Shown here: positions 51,393-61,228 of the stretch, piece by piece
How the letters are laid out: each line of letters begins with the position of its first letter
Numbering within the stretch: the stretch's first letter is position 1
Assembly: GCA_965232515.1 (NCBI GenBank)
Contig: CBDDPY010000002.1
Span: forward strand, 4,352,001 to 4,416,000
Reading direction: 5' to 3'
From: Alphaproteobacteria bacterium
GTDB lineage: Bacteria; Pseudomonadota; Alphaproteobacteria; GCA-2731375
DNA: 64,000 nucleotides
Made by a program: the position numbers and the translations under genes
The notes under the pieces: model-generated
The model's input: only the letters and a program-made list of their open reading frames with translations
Databases searched by the model: none
What the model was told of the DNA's origin: nothing

Positions 51393-52303
51393 CGGGGCGC
51401 CGCCGGCATGGCGTGCCCTTCGAGCAGGATCTTCTTCGCCGTGATGCCGTCGGCGAGAAAGTCCAACACGGCGCGGATCGGGGCGGTTGTCCTGAGGTCG
51501 GCGTGGGTCAGGATCCAGAGCGGACTGCGCATGGCCTGCTGCGGCGGCAACGCGCGGACAAGATCCGGCACGGCGTCGCCCAGAAAGCAGGGCAGCACGG
51601 CGAAGCCTAAGCCGGTTGAGCAGGCGATCATCAGGTGCGCGAAGCTGTTCGAACGGTAGATTCCATGACTGCCGGGGACAACCTGGCGTAGCCATTGCGC
51701 GACGGTGGTGTGGGCCAGGCTGTCGTCCGGCGCCAGCAGGTTTTCGTGGATCAGATCGCTGGCCCTGGTGAGCGGCGGCCGACTGCCGACGAACTTGCGT
51801 TCGCCGTAGACGGCGAAGGCGATATCGGCGATGTGGCGGCCGACGATCGTGTCCGGCGGCTGTGCGCCTGGCCGCAGGGCGATATCGGCATCGCGCTTCG
51901 TGAGATTGATGATGTCGTTCGAGACACGGAGCTCGAGCTCGATGCCCGGATGCCGGCGACGCAGGCCGGCGAGGATCGGCGGCAACAGCGAGTCGGCGAT
52001 GTCGTCGGGCACGGCCAACCGGACAATGCCGGACAATTGGACTTCGCCCCCGGCCAGACGGCGGGCCATGCCCAGCATCTCGTCCTCGACGCGTCGGGCC
52101 GCGGTCAGCATCTCCTCGCCCGCCGGCGTCGCCGCATAGCCGCCGGGCAGGCGTTCGAACAGCCGCAGGCCGAGCCGTCTCTCCAACGCGTCCAGCCGGC
52201 GCAACACGGTGGTATGGCGCACGCCAAGCAACCGGCCGGCCGCCGACAGGTTGCCGCCGCGGGCGATCGCCAGGAAAAATCGGATATCGTCCCAATCTCG
52301 CAT
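51389..52303 (-). CDS. LysR-family regulator
   Basis: DWDDIRFFLA HTH, TVLRRLDALE...LFER, substrate-binding domain. Confidence 0.93.
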   Translation of the reverse strand: MRDWDDIRFFLAIARGGNLSAAGRLLGVRHTTVLRRLDALERRLGLRLFERLPGGYAATPAGEEMLTAARRVEDEMLGMARRLAGGEVQLSGIVRLAVPDDIADSLLPPILAGLRRRHPGIELELRVSNDIINLTKRDADIALRPGAQPPDTIVGRHIADIAFAVYGERKFVGSRPPLTRASDLIHENLLAPDDSLAHTTVAQWLRQVVPGSHGIYRSNSFAHLMIACSTGLGFAVLPCFLGDAVPDLVRALPPQQAMRSPLWILTHADLRTTAPIRAVLDFLADGITAKKILLEGHAMPAAPR

Positions 52304-52565
52304 TCAAGAACCATATCGTGCGAAAATGCACATTCTGTTTGCATATTATGATCCAGACTGTCGAAGATCGCACGAAATTAACCTTATCGACCACAAATAT
52401 GCCCGATGATTGTTTCCATAATATCGGCATTGGTGATGGAGATTTTGCCATAACGCGGAGAAATCGGTGCGCCGGTCCGCAACACCATCGGCGCGGAACG
52501 CCATTCCCGACGCTCAATGCCGGGTGCTAGCCTGTCCGCGGGATGAGCGTATGGGAACCCCCGAC

Positions 52566-52892
52566 ATGGATCGAACCGATTATCTGCTGGTCGTGACATC
52601 GCGGCCGGAACCGGCCATCGAGGACGATTGGAACCGCTGGTACGCCGAGGTGCATCTGCCGGAAATCGCCGATTGCCCCGGCTTTGGCGCGGCGCGCCGC
52701 TATCGGCACGATGCGCCGGGCGAACGGAACTATCTGGCGGTCTATGAGGTCGACGGCCCCGAGGCGCTGCAGAGCGTCGAATTCAGCGCCCGCCGCGGCT
52801 GGGGGCCGTTCGCCGGCAAGGTCGAATGGACGACGCGCCTGTACCGGCGCATCGCGGAAACGGTACCCGACGGCGGTTCGCCTAAAGAATGA
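52566..52892 (+). CDS. EthD/DUF4286-like dimeric alpha+beta barrel protein
   Basis: WNRWY..VHLPE....PGF..ARRY, YLAVYE; start 52551 or 52566. Confidence 0.75.
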   Translation: MDRTDYLLVVTSRPEPAIEDDWNRWYAEVHLPEIADCPGFGAARRYRHDAPGERNYLAVYEVDGPEALQSVEFSARRGWGPFAGKVEWTTRLYRRIAETVPDGGSPKE

Positions 52893-54189
52893 ACTTCGAG
52901 AGGTCGGCGTCCTTCGCCAGGTCGCCGATATGCTCGCGCACGAAGGCGGCGTCGATGGCGATGGTCTGATCCGGCTTGTCGCTGGCGGTGAAGCTGATGT
53001 CGTCCAGCACCCTTTCCAGGATCGTGTGCAGGCGCCGCGCGCCGATATTCTCGACGTTGTTGTTGACCTCGGCGGCGAGCTTGGCGAGCTCGTCGACGGC
53101 GTCCTCGGTAAACTCCAACGTGACCTTCTCGGTGCCCATCAGCGCGACATACTGCTTGATCAGGCTGAATTGCGGCTCGGTCAGGATGCGCTTGAAATCG
53201 TCCTCGGTCAGCGCCTTCAGCTCGACCCGGATCGGCAGCCGGCCCTGCAGCTCGGGCAGCAGGTCGGACGGTTTGGCCAGATGGAAGGCGCCCGACGCGA
53301 TGAACAGCACGTGGTCGGTCTTCACCGGCCCGTGCTTGGTCGACACCGTGGTGCCCTCGATCAGCGGCAGCAGGTCGCGCTGCACGCCCTCGCGGCTGAC
53401 ATCGGCGCCGGAGCGTTCGGCCCGCGCCGTGATCTTGTCGATCTCATCCAGGAAGACGATGCCGTTTTCTTCTACCGATGCGAGCGCTTCGCGCGTCAAT
53501 TGCTCGTCGTCGAGCAGCTTGTCGCTCTCCTCGGCCAGCAGGAGGTCGTAGGAATCCTCGACCGTGATGCGCTTGCGCTTGGTGCGGCCGCCGAAGGCCT
53601 TGCCCAGCATGTCGTTGAGGTTGAGCATGCCCATCTGCGCGCCCGGCATGCCGGGGATCTCGAACGTCGGCATGCCGCCGCCGGTATCGGCCAGATCGAG
53701 CTCGATTTCCTTCTTGTCGAGCTCGCCGGTGCGCAGCTTCTGGCGGAAGGCGTCGCGGGTCGACTTGCCGGCGTTTTCGCCGACCAGCGCGTCCAGCACG
53801 CGTTCCTCGGCGTTGAGCTCGGCCCGGGCCGTCACTTCCTTGCGCTTGCGCTCGCGCGCCATGCCGATCGACACCTCGACCAGATCGCGGATGATCTGCT
53901 CGACGTCGCGGCCGACATAGCCGACCTCGGTGAATTTCGTCGCTTCGACCTTGATGAACGGCGCGCCGGCGAGCCGGGCCAAGCGCCGGGAGATCTCGGT
54001 CTTGCCGACGCCGGTCGGGCCGATCATCAGGATGTTCTTGGGCAGCACTTCCTCGCGCAGGCCCTCGTCCAGCTGCATGCGCCGCCAGCGGTTGCGCAGC
54101 GCGATGGCGACGGCGCGCTTGGCGTCGTTCTGGCCGATAATGAAGCGGTCGAGCTCGGAGACGATCTCGCGGGGACTGAAGGCGGTCAT
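52882..54189 (-). CDS. hslU: ATP-dependent protease ATPase subunit HslU
   Basis: [36 protein letters not shown]. Confidence 0.98.
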   Translation of the reverse strand: MTAFSPREIVSELDRFIIGQNDAKRAVAIALRNRWRRMQLDEGLREEVLPKNILMIGPTGVGKTEISRRLARLAGAPFIKVEATKFTEVGYVGRDVEQIIRDLVEVSIGMARERKRKEVTARAELNAEERVLDALVGENAGKSTRDAFRQKLRTGELDKKEIELDLADTGGGMPTFEIPGMPGAQMGMLNLNDMLGKAFGGRTKRKRITVEDSYDLLLAEESDKLLDDEQLTREALASVEENGIVFLDEIDKITARAERSGADVSREGVQRDLLPLIEGTTVSTKHGPVKTDHVLFIASGAFHLAKPSDLLPELQGRLPIRVELKALTEDDFKRILTEPQFSLIKQYVALMGTEKVTLEFTEDAVDELAKLAAEVNNNVENIGARRLHTILERVLDDISFTASDKPDQTIAIDAAFVREHIGDLAKDADLSKFIL

Positions 54190-54743
54190 GAGGTCAGCTG
54201 TTCGACAATGATGTTTTCGTTGGTATAGACGCATATATCGGCCGCGACCGACATGGCCCGCCGCGCGATTGCCTCGGCGTCCATGTCGTCCCGGTCGATC
54301 AGCGCGCGGGCCGCCGCCAGCGCGTAGTTGCCGCCCGAGCCGATGCCGATCAGACCGTCCTCCGGCTCCAGTACGTCGCCGGTGCCGGTCAGCACCAGGC
54401 TGACGTTTTTGTCGACCACCGCCATCATGGCTTCCAGGCGGCGCAGAAAGCGGTCGGTGCGCCAGTCCTTGGCCAACTCGACGCAGGCCCGCGTCAGGTT
54501 GCCGGGATGCTGCTCCAGCTTGGCCTCCAGCCGCTCGAACAGCGTGAAGGCGTCGGCCGTGGCGCCGGCAAAGCCGCTGATAACCTCGCCGTGCGCCAGG
54601 CGGCGGACCTTTTTGGCGTTCGATTTGATCACGGTCTGGCCCAGGCTGACCTGGCCGTCGCCCGTGACGACGACGCTGTCGCCCTTGCGCACGGACAGGA
54701 TGGTGGTCCCGTGCCACTGTTGGCTCTGCTCTGACTGCACCAA
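54186..54743 (-). CDS. hslV: ATP-dependent protease subunit HslV
   Basis: HGTTIL catalytic Thr, GDGQV, GSGGNYA. Confidence 0.97.
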   Translation of the reverse strand: MVQSEQSQQWHGTTILSVRKGDSVVVTGDGQVSLGQTVIKSNAKKVRRLAHGEVISGFAGATADAFTLFERLEAKLEQHPGNLTRACVELAKDWRTDRFLRRLEAMMAVVDKNVSLVLTGTGDVLEPEDGLIGIGSGGNYALAAARALIDRDDMDAEAIARRAMSVAADICVYTNENIIVEQLTS

Positions 54744-54794
54744 TGGAATCCTCGGTCAATGACGCTGCCTGGCCCCACGGCAGCGACCCCCACG

Positions 54795-54822
54795 ATGTAA
54801 GGCCGAAGGGGTAGGCGTCAAG
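54795..54822 (-). promoter_or_regulatory. Probable RpoH (sigma32) promoter of hslVU
   Basis: CTTGAC-N15-CTTACAT, close to the rhizobial RpoH consensus CTTGAA-N15/16-CCTATAT, upstream of heat-shock genes. Confidence 0.6.
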
Positions 54823-54934
54823 TGCATGCGCGAGGTGCGGCCCGACGTGCTGGCGGGGCGGGCGGGTTCCTGCTATACCGCCGGCCTGATTACCGCCAGT
54901 TTATCGCATTTTCGGGCAGTGGAGACGCGGCGCC

Positions 54935-55534
54935 ATGCGCCAGGCCAGCATCGAACGCAAGACCAAGGAAACCGAGATCACGGCGACCGTCAACCTGGAC
55001 GGCAGCGGGACTTACGATGTCGAGACCGGCATCGGCTTCCTCGACCATATGCTGGAGCAACTCTCGCGCCATAGCCTGATCGACCTGACGCTTCGGGCCA
55101 AGGGCGACCTGCATATCGATTTCCACCACACCACCGAGGACACCGGCATCGTCATCGGCGAGGCGGTGAGCAAGGCGCTGGGCGACCGCGCCGGCATTAC
55201 GCGCTATGCCGATGCGCTGATTCCCATGGACGAGACGCTGACGCGGGTGGCGCTCGACGTCTCCAATCGGCCGTACCTGATCTGGAAGGTGAACTTCTCC
55301 AAGCCGAAGCTGGGCGACATGGACACCGAGCTGTTTAAGGAATGGTTTCAGGCCTTCGCCCAGCAGGCCGGCATCACGCTGCATGTCGAGAACCTCTACG
55401 GCGAGAACAACCACCATATCGTCGAGAGCTGTTACAAAGGTCTGGCCCGCAGCCTGCGCCGGGCGATCGAGATCGACCCGCGCAAGGCCAACGCCGTGCC
55501 CTCGACCAAGGGCGTGCTCGGCGGCTCGCTTTAG
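54935..55534 (+). CDS. hisB: Imidazoleglycerol-phosphate dehydratase
   Basis: [29 protein letters not shown]. Confidence 0.97.
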   Translation: MRQASIERKTKETEITATVNLDGSGTYDVETGIGFLDHMLEQLSRHSLIDLTLRAKGDLHIDFHHTTEDTGIVIGEAVSKALGDRAGITRYADALIPMDETLTRVALDVSNRPYLIWKVNFSKPKLGDMDTELFKEWFQAFAQQAGITLHVENLYGENNHHIVESCYKGLARSLRRAIEIDPRKANAVPSTKGVLGGSL

Positions 55535-55564
55535 CCGGCCGGCAAGGAGCGGCGGGAGCGCGAG

Positions 55565-56014
55565 ATGATGCGCGTCTATACGGTGATGGACCGCACGGCG
55601 CCGGCGGGTGACGATCCCGACGTGGTGCTGGTCAAGGAGGGCATCTGCTGGCCGGCCTTGGTAATCCCGGTCATCTGGATGCTGTTCCGCCGGCAATGGA
55701 TCGGCCTGTTGGCCTATGTGACGCTGGGCTTGGCGCTCGCCTCGGCCGGCGCGCTGTTGGGATTGCACGAGATGTTGCAATCGTTTTTGGCCTTCGGTCT
55801 GAACGTTCTGGTGGCCGTCATGGCGAACGATTGGCGCCGCTGGCGGCTGGAAGCGGCCGGTTATGTCATGCGCGGGGTTGTCGCAGCGCCGAACCCCGCC
55901 GAGGCCGAGGCGCGGCTGTTTTCCGGCCCGTGGTTGGACGAATACCGCGCCCGGCAGGCGGCCGGCGCGCGGCCGGCGACGAGCTTTCTCGATCCGCAGA
56001 CGGTGCTGCCATGA
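55565..56014 (+). CDS. DUF2628-like membrane protein
   Basis: VKEG..WPA, transmembrane segments; usual hisB-hisH position. Confidence 0.8.
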   Translation: MMRVYTVMDRTAPAGDDPDVVLVKEGICWPALVIPVIWMLFRRQWIGLLAYVTLGLALASAGALLGLHEMLQSFLAFGLNVLVAVMANDWRRWRLEAAGYVMRGVVAAPNPAEAEARLFSGPWLDEYRARQAAGARPATSFLDPQTVLP

Positions 56015-56652
56015 CCACCGCGATTATCGACTACGGGTCCGGCAACCTGAGATCGGCAGCAAAAGCGTTCGCCCGGGCGGCGGCCGAAACCGGCGGCGAT
56101 GCCGAGGTGGCGGTGACCGCCGATCCCGACGTGGTGGCGCGGGCGGACCGGATCGTGCTGCCGGGCGTGGGCGCTTTCGCTGATTGCCGCGCCGGTCTGT
56201 TGACGTTGGCGGGTATGCGCGATGCGCTCGACGAGGCGGTGCGGCAGCGCGGCCGGCCGTTCCTTGGCATCTGCGTCGGCATGCAACTGATGGCGACGCG
56301 GGGTCTCGAGCATGGCTGTCACGACGGCTTCGACTGGATCCCGGGCGACGTCGTGGCGCTGACGCCTGACGATCCGACCTTGAAGGTGCCGCAGATCGGC
56401 TGGAACGACCTGCATATCGACCGCGCGCATCCGGTGCTGGCCGGCCTCGGTGGTGAGGATGCCTACGTCTATTTCGTGCACAGCTATTATCTGGCGGCGG
56501 GGTCCGAGCATGTGTTGGCGCACATCGACTACGGCGGGCGCGTGGCGGCGGTGGTCGGCCGCGACAATCTGGTCGGCACGCAGTTCCATCCGGAAAAGAG
56601 CCAGACGCTGGGCCTACGGCTGATCGCCAACTTCCTCGCCTGGACGCCATGA
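56011..56652 (+). CDS. hisH: Imidazole glycerol phosphate synthase glutaminase subunit
   Basis: [21 protein letters not shown]. Confidence 0.97.
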   Translation: MTTAIIDYGSGNLRSAAKAFARAAAETGGDAEVAVTADPDVVARADRIVLPGVGAFADCRAGLLTLAGMRDALDEAVRQRGRPFLGICVGMQLMATRGLEHGCHDGFDWIPGDVVALTPDDPTLKVPQIGWNDLHIDRAHPVLAGLGGEDAYVYFVHSYYLAAGSEHVLAHIDYGGRVAAVVGRDNLVGTQFHPEKSQTLGLRLIANFLAWTP

Positions 56653-57374
56653 TCCTCTATCCCGCCATCGACCTGAAGGACGGCGCCTGCGTGCGTCTGC
56701 TGCGCGGCGATATGGCGCGGGCGACTGTGTTCAATACCGATCCGGCGGCGCAGGCGCGAGCGTTCCAGGATGCCGGGTTCGAACGCCTGCATCTCGTCGA
56801 CCTGAACGGCGCCTTCGAGGGCCGTCCGGTGAACGCCGAGGCGGTGGCCGCGATCCTGGCCGCGATCGACATGCCGGTGCAACTCGGCGGCGGCATCCGC
56901 GACAACGACACGGTCGAGATGTGGCTCGAGGCCGGCGTCGGACGGGTCATTCTGGGCACGCTGGCGCTGCGCGAACCTGATCTGGTGAAAGCGATCTGCG
57001 CCCGCTTTCCAGACCGTATCGCCGTCGGCATCGACGCGCGCGACGGCCGGGTCGCGGTTGAGGGCTGGGCCGAGCAGTCGGACATGACCGCGCTCGATCT
57101 GGCGCGGCGCTTCGAGGACGCCGGCGTCGCCGCGGTGATCTATACCGACATCGACCGCGACGGCGCGCTGCAGGGCGTGAATGTCGAGGCGACGGCGGGG
57201 CTGGCGGAAAACCTGTCCATGCCGGTGATCGCGTCCGGCGGCGTCAGCAGCCTCGACGATCTCAAGGCGCTGAAGGCCGTGGCCGCTACCGGGATCGAAG
57301 GCGTGATCAGCGGCCGGGCGCTTTATGACGGCCGCCTCGATCCGCGCGCGGCTTTGGATCTGCTGGCGGCCTGA
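56649..57374 (+). CDS. hisA: ProFAR isomerase
   Basis: [31 protein letters not shown]. Confidence 0.97.
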   Translation: MILYPAIDLKDGACVRLLRGDMARATVFNTDPAAQARAFQDAGFERLHLVDLNGAFEGRPVNAEAVAAILAAIDMPVQLGGGIRDNDTVEMWLEAGVGRVILGTLALREPDLVKAICARFPDRIAVGIDARDGRVAVEGWAEQSDMTALDLARRFEDAGVAAVIYTDIDRDGALQGVNVEATAGLAENLSMPVIASGGVSSLDDLKALKAVAATGIEGVISGRALYDGRLDPRAALDLLAA

Positions 57375-57390
57375 GCGCGGTGACGACGCG

Positions 57391-58149
57391 ATGCTGACGA
57401 AACGGGTGATTCCCTGCCTCGACGTGAAAGACGGGCGCGTCGTCAAGGGCGTGAACTTTGTCGATCTGCGCGACGCGGGCGACCCGGTCGAGCAGGCGCG
57501 ACTCTATGATCGCGAGGGCGCCGACGAGCTCTGCTTTCTCGACATCACGGCGTCGTCCGACGACCGCGCGATCCTCTATGACGTGGTTGCGGCGACAGCC
57601 GAGCAGTGCTTCATGCCTTTGACCGTCGGCGGCGGCGTGCGCGTGGTCGACGACGTGCGCAAGCTGCTGCTGGCCGGCGCCGACAAGGTCTCGATCAACA
57701 CCGCGGCCGTGCACCGGCCTGAGTTCGTCGCCGAGGCGGCGCGCAAGTTCGGCACGCAATGCATCGTTGTCGCCATCGACGCCAAGCGCAACGATGCCGG
57801 CGGCTTCGAGGTCTTCACCCATGGCGGCCGCAACGCCACCGGGATCGAGGCGGTCGGCTGGGCCCGGCGCATGGTCCAGCTCGGCGCCGGCGAGCTCTTG
57901 CTGACTTCCATGGATCGGGACGGCACAAAACAGGGCTTCGATCTCGAGCTGACGCGCGCGATCAGCGACGCCGTTTCCGTGCCGGTGATCGCATCCGGCG
58001 GCGTCGGCACGCTGGACCATCTGGTCGAGGGCGTGCGCGAGGGCCATGCCGACGCGGTGCTGGCCGCGTCGATCTTTCATTTCGGCGAGCATTCGATCCG
58101 CGACGCGAAGGCGCATATGCGGGCCGCAGGACTGCCGGTACGGATGTAG
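57391..58149 (+). CDS. hisF: Imidazole glycerol phosphate synthase cyclase subunit
   Basis: [29 protein letters not shown]. Confidence 0.97.
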   Translation: MLTKRVIPCLDVKDGRVVKGVNFVDLRDAGDPVEQARLYDREGADELCFLDITASSDDRAILYDVVAATAEQCFMPLTVGGGVRVVDDVRKLLLAGADKVSINTAAVHRPEFVAEAARKFGTQCIVVAIDAKRNDAGGFEVFTHGGRNATGIEAVGWARRMVQLGAGELLLTSMDRDGTKQGFDLELTRAISDAVSVPVIASGGVGTLDHLVEGVREGHADAVLAASIFHFGEHSIRDAKAHMRAAGLPVRM

Positions 58150-58153
58150 ATCA

Positions 58154-58669
58154 ATGCCGACGCTCTGTCTGCTGCGGCACGCCAAGTCCGCCTGGGACGA
58201 TCCGACGCTCGACGATCACGACCGGCCGCTGCAGGCGCGCGGCGAACGCGCGGCGGTGCTGATGGGACAGTTTATGCGTCAGCAGGACATCCGTCCCGAC
58301 CTGGTGCTGTGCTCGTCGGCGCGGCGGGCGCAGGACACCTGGGCCCTGGCGGCGACCCGGCTGCCCGGCAGCCAGGCATTGTCAGTCGAACGCGAGCTCT
58401 ACCTTAGCGGCGCGACGGAGCTGCTGGAACGCTTGCAGTCGTTGCCGCGCAGCGCCGAGACGGTGGTGTTGGTGGCGCATCAGCCCGATATGCAGGACTT
58501 GGCGCTGATGCTGGTCGATGACGGTCCGGCCGACGATCTCGAGCGCCTGCAGGAGAAGTTTCCGACGGCCGGCCTCGCTGTCATTGCGGCGCCTGGAAAG
58601 GACTGGCGCGGTCTGAAACCCGGTTCGGCGCGTCTGGAGCTCTTCGCGGCACCGAAAAGCCTGGTCTGA
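58154..58669 (+). CDS. sixA: SixA-like histidine phosphatase
   Basis: LLRHAKSAW, DHDRPL, CSSARRA, VAHQP. Confidence 0.88.
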   Translation: MPTLCLLRHAKSAWDDPTLDDHDRPLQARGERAAVLMGQFMRQQDIRPDLVLCSSARRAQDTWALAATRLPGSQALSVERELYLSGATELLERLQSLPRSAETVVLVAHQPDMQDLALMLVDDGPADDLERLQEKFPTAGLAVIAAPGKDWRGLKPGSARLELFAAPKSLV

Positions 58670-58684
58670 ACCGCGCCGCGGCCC

Positions 58685-58713
58685 ATGTCATAAAACTGTA
58701 ACAGTGCTGTCGT
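58685..58713 (+). promoter_or_regulatory. PHO box (PhoB site), three 11-bp units
   Basis: ATGTCAT-AAAA-CTGTAAC-AGTG-CTGTCGT matches the CTGTCAT-N4-CTGT(C/A)A(C/T) consensus. Confidence 0.8.
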
Positions 58714-58777
58714 TGCCACGGCAGGACCCGCGTCTTAACGTGCCCGCACGTTGGAGGCGTGTGCTGGGGGTTCCGGC

Positions 58778-60331
58778 TTGGACGATCGCGAGATCGAACT
58801 GAAGCTACAGATCGCGGCCGAGGACATGGCGCGTCTGCGCCGCAACCCGGCGCTGCGGGCGATGACCGACGGCCGTCCGGTCACGCGCCGCCTGCGCTCG
58901 GTCTATTTCGACACACCGAAACTGCAGTTGTGGAAGAAGCGCGTGACCCTGCGGCTGCGTCAGATCGGCAAACGCCAGGTGCAGACCATCAAGGCCAACG
59001 GCGTCGGCCGCGTCGGCGTGACCGACCGCAACGAATGGGAAAAGGACGTCAACGGCGACAGTCCGGATCTGGCCGCGACCTGCGAACCGCTGGTCGCCGA
59101 ACTGCTGCAGAAGCCCAAGGTGAAGCGCCGCATCGCGCCGGCGTTCGAGACGGATATTCGCCGGACCACGCGCCTGCTGAATGCGCCGGGTGGCGGCCGC
59201 ATCGAGCTGGCGATCGACGTCGGCGAGATCCGGCGCGGCGACAGCTGGCTGTCGATCTCGGAAGCCGAGTTGGAGCTGAAGCGCGGCCGGCCCGGCCAGC
59301 TCTATGACGTGGCCCGCATGCTGAACGACGTGGTGCCTGTGCGGATCGGGTCTGCCAGCAAGGCCGAACGCGGTTTTTCCATGCTGACCGGCCAGCCGCC
59401 GCGGCCGTCGCGGGCGAGCCCGCTGGTGCTGGATCCGGCGATGAGCACGGACGACGCCTTCCACGATGTGGTCTGCGCCTGTGTCGATCACCTGATGCGC
59501 AACGAGGCGCCCTTCGTGCAAGCCCGCGATCCCGATGGCGTGCACCAGATGCGGGTTGCCCTGCGGCGTCTGCGCACGGCGTGCAGTGTGTTCGGCGATC
59601 TGGTGGCGTCGCCGGAGACCGAGGCCATCGAGGCAGAGGCGCGATGGCTGTCCGGCGCATTGGGTCTGGCGCGCGATCTCGATGTTTTCGTCGACGGCAT
59701 TCTGGCCGGCGTGCTGGCCGCCAAGGGCAAGGACAAGCGGCTGTTGGCTTTGCGCGATGCGGCGGTCTCGCTGCGCAAAGCGAGCCGGCGCGACGCTTTG
59801 CACGCCATCGGGTCGCCGCGCTATACGGCGTTTTTGCTGCGCCTCGGCGCCTGGGCGGCGGATCGTCGTTGGCGGCGTAAAGGCGATACCGCGCAACAGG
59901 CGCTTCTGGCCGCGCCGGTCACCGAGGCGGCGCAGCGGATGCTCGAGCGGCGCTACCGCAAGCTCGCCAAGTTGGGCCGCCGGATTGAAGATCTGGACGA
60001 GGCCGACCGACACCGGCTGCGGATCAGCGCCAAGAAATTGCGCTATACGGGCGAGTTTTTTGCCAGCCTTTATGCGAAAAAACCCGCCACGGCGTTTCTG
60101 GCCCAGCTCTCGGCGTTGCAGGATTCGCTCGGCGCGCTCAGCGATGGCGTTGTCGCGCGCACCGTCATGGAGCAGATTGTCGAGAACCCGCCCGCGAATG
60201 GCCGGGAAAAGGACCTGCAGTGGGCGGTCGGCATGGTGACCGGCTGGCACGATCGCCAGGTGAACAAGAAATGGTCCAAGGTGGCCCGGCAATGGCAGGG
60301 CCTGCGGAAACAGCCGAAGTTCTGGCGCTGA
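58778..60331 (+). CDS. CYTH-CHAD domain inorganic triphosphatase (YgiF-like)
   Basis: EIELKL, YFDT, EAELELK, SKAERG; CHAD motifs HQMRVALRRLR, RDLDVF, HRLRISAKKLRY, LQDSLG; TTG start at 58778 or 58751. Confidence 0.92.
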   Translation: MDDREIELKLQIAAEDMARLRRNPALRAMTDGRPVTRRLRSVYFDTPKLQLWKKRVTLRLRQIGKRQVQTIKANGVGRVGVTDRNEWEKDVNGDSPDLAATCEPLVAELLQKPKVKRRIAPAFETDIRRTTRLLNAPGGGRIELAIDVGEIRRGDSWLSISEAELELKRGRPGQLYDVARMLNDVVPVRIGSASKAERGFSMLTGQPPRPSRASPLVLDPAMSTDDAFHDVVCACVDHLMRNEAPFVQARDPDGVHQMRVALRRLRTACSVFGDLVASPETEAIEAEARWLSGALGLARDLDVFVDGILAGVLAAKGKDKRLLALRDAAVSLRKASRRDALHAIGSPRYTAFLLRLGAWAADRRWRRKGDTAQQALLAAPVTEAAQRMLERRYRKLAKLGRRIEDLDEADRHRLRISAKKLRYTGEFFASLYAKKPATAFLAQLSALQDSLGALSDGVVARTVMEQIVENPPANGREKDLQWAVGMVTGWHDRQVNKKWSKVARQWQGLRKQPKFWR

Positions 60332-60451
60332 ACCGGCCCCTTCCCTAAAATCCGCCGCCGTCCAATACTAGGCCAATGCCGAATCGGGTCCCGATATTGC
60401 GGCCGGTCTCGCGTCGGTTGCGACGGCAGATCTTGATAGGAAGGAAACGGC

Positions 60452-60802
60452 TTGGCGAAATCCAAGAACGGCGATGTCGCGGTGCTCGAACACCTGTTCG
60501 AGGTGATCGAGAGCCGCCGCGACGCCGACCCGACGGTCTCGCACACCGCGCGGATGTTCGAGAAGGGGCTGAACAAGATCGCCCAGAAGGTCGGCGAGGA
60601 AGCGACCGAGACCGTGGTCGCAGCATTGGCCGAATCGCGCGAGGCACTGGTCGCCGAAAGCGCCGATCTGCTCTACCACCTGCTGTTGCTGTGGTCGGTG
60701 AAGGGCGTGAAGCCGGCCGAGGTATATGCCGAGCTGCGCGGGCGGGCGAATCGGCCGGCGAAACCCGTCGCGACCACCGACGGCGGGGCCAAGGGCAAGT
60801 AG
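60452..60802 (+). CDS. hisE: Phosphoribosyl-ATP pyrophosphatase
   Basis: SHTA, KIAQKVGEEATE, ESADLLYH. Confidence 0.95.
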   Translation: MAKSKNGDVAVLEHLFEVIESRRDADPTVSHTARMFEKGLNKIAQKVGEEATETVVAALAESREALVAESADLLYHLLLLWSVKGVKPAEVYAELRGRANRPAKPVATTDGGAKGK

Positions 60803-60846
60803 CAGACGACAGCAGCCGCGGCCGGCAGTTCAGGAACGGAGTATCG

Positions 60847-61215
60847 ATGGCTTACGATCCGGAGAACATCTTCGCCAAGATCCTGCGCGGCGAAATCCCG
60901 TGCAAGAAGGTCTATGAGGACGATTGGGCGCTTGCATTTCACGACATCAATCCGCTGATGCCGGTGCATGTGCTGGTGATCCCGAAGGGTCCGTACGTCA
61001 GCCTGGACGATTTCAGCGCCAAGGCTTCGGCCGACGAACTCGGCGGTTTCCTGAAGGCGGTCGGCGAGGTCGCGCGCACGATGGGTGTCGAGGAAAGCGG
61101 CTACCGCATCGTTGCCAACAGCGGCGCGGATGCGAATCAGGAAGTGCCGCATTTTCACGTGCATGTCTTCGGCGGCCGGCGCATCGGCGGCCGCATGATC
61201 AAGCCCCAGGACTAA
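60847..61215 (+). CDS. hinT: Histidine triad nucleotide-binding protein
   Basis: NIFAKILRGEIP, QEVPHFHVH. Confidence 0.93.
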   Translation: MAYDPENIFAKILRGEIPCKKVYEDDWALAFHDINPLMPVHVLVIPKGPYVSLDDFSAKASADELGGFLKAVGEVARTMGVEESGYRIVANSGADANQEVPHFHVHVFGGRRIGGRMIKPQD

Positions 61216-61228
61216 CCGGAAATCCGAT

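Noticed and set aside
52882-54759. Apparent 625-aa HslV-HslU fusion ORF
   Set aside because: The N-terminal extension is an off-frame read of hslV; HslU starts at 54189 overlapping the hslV stop
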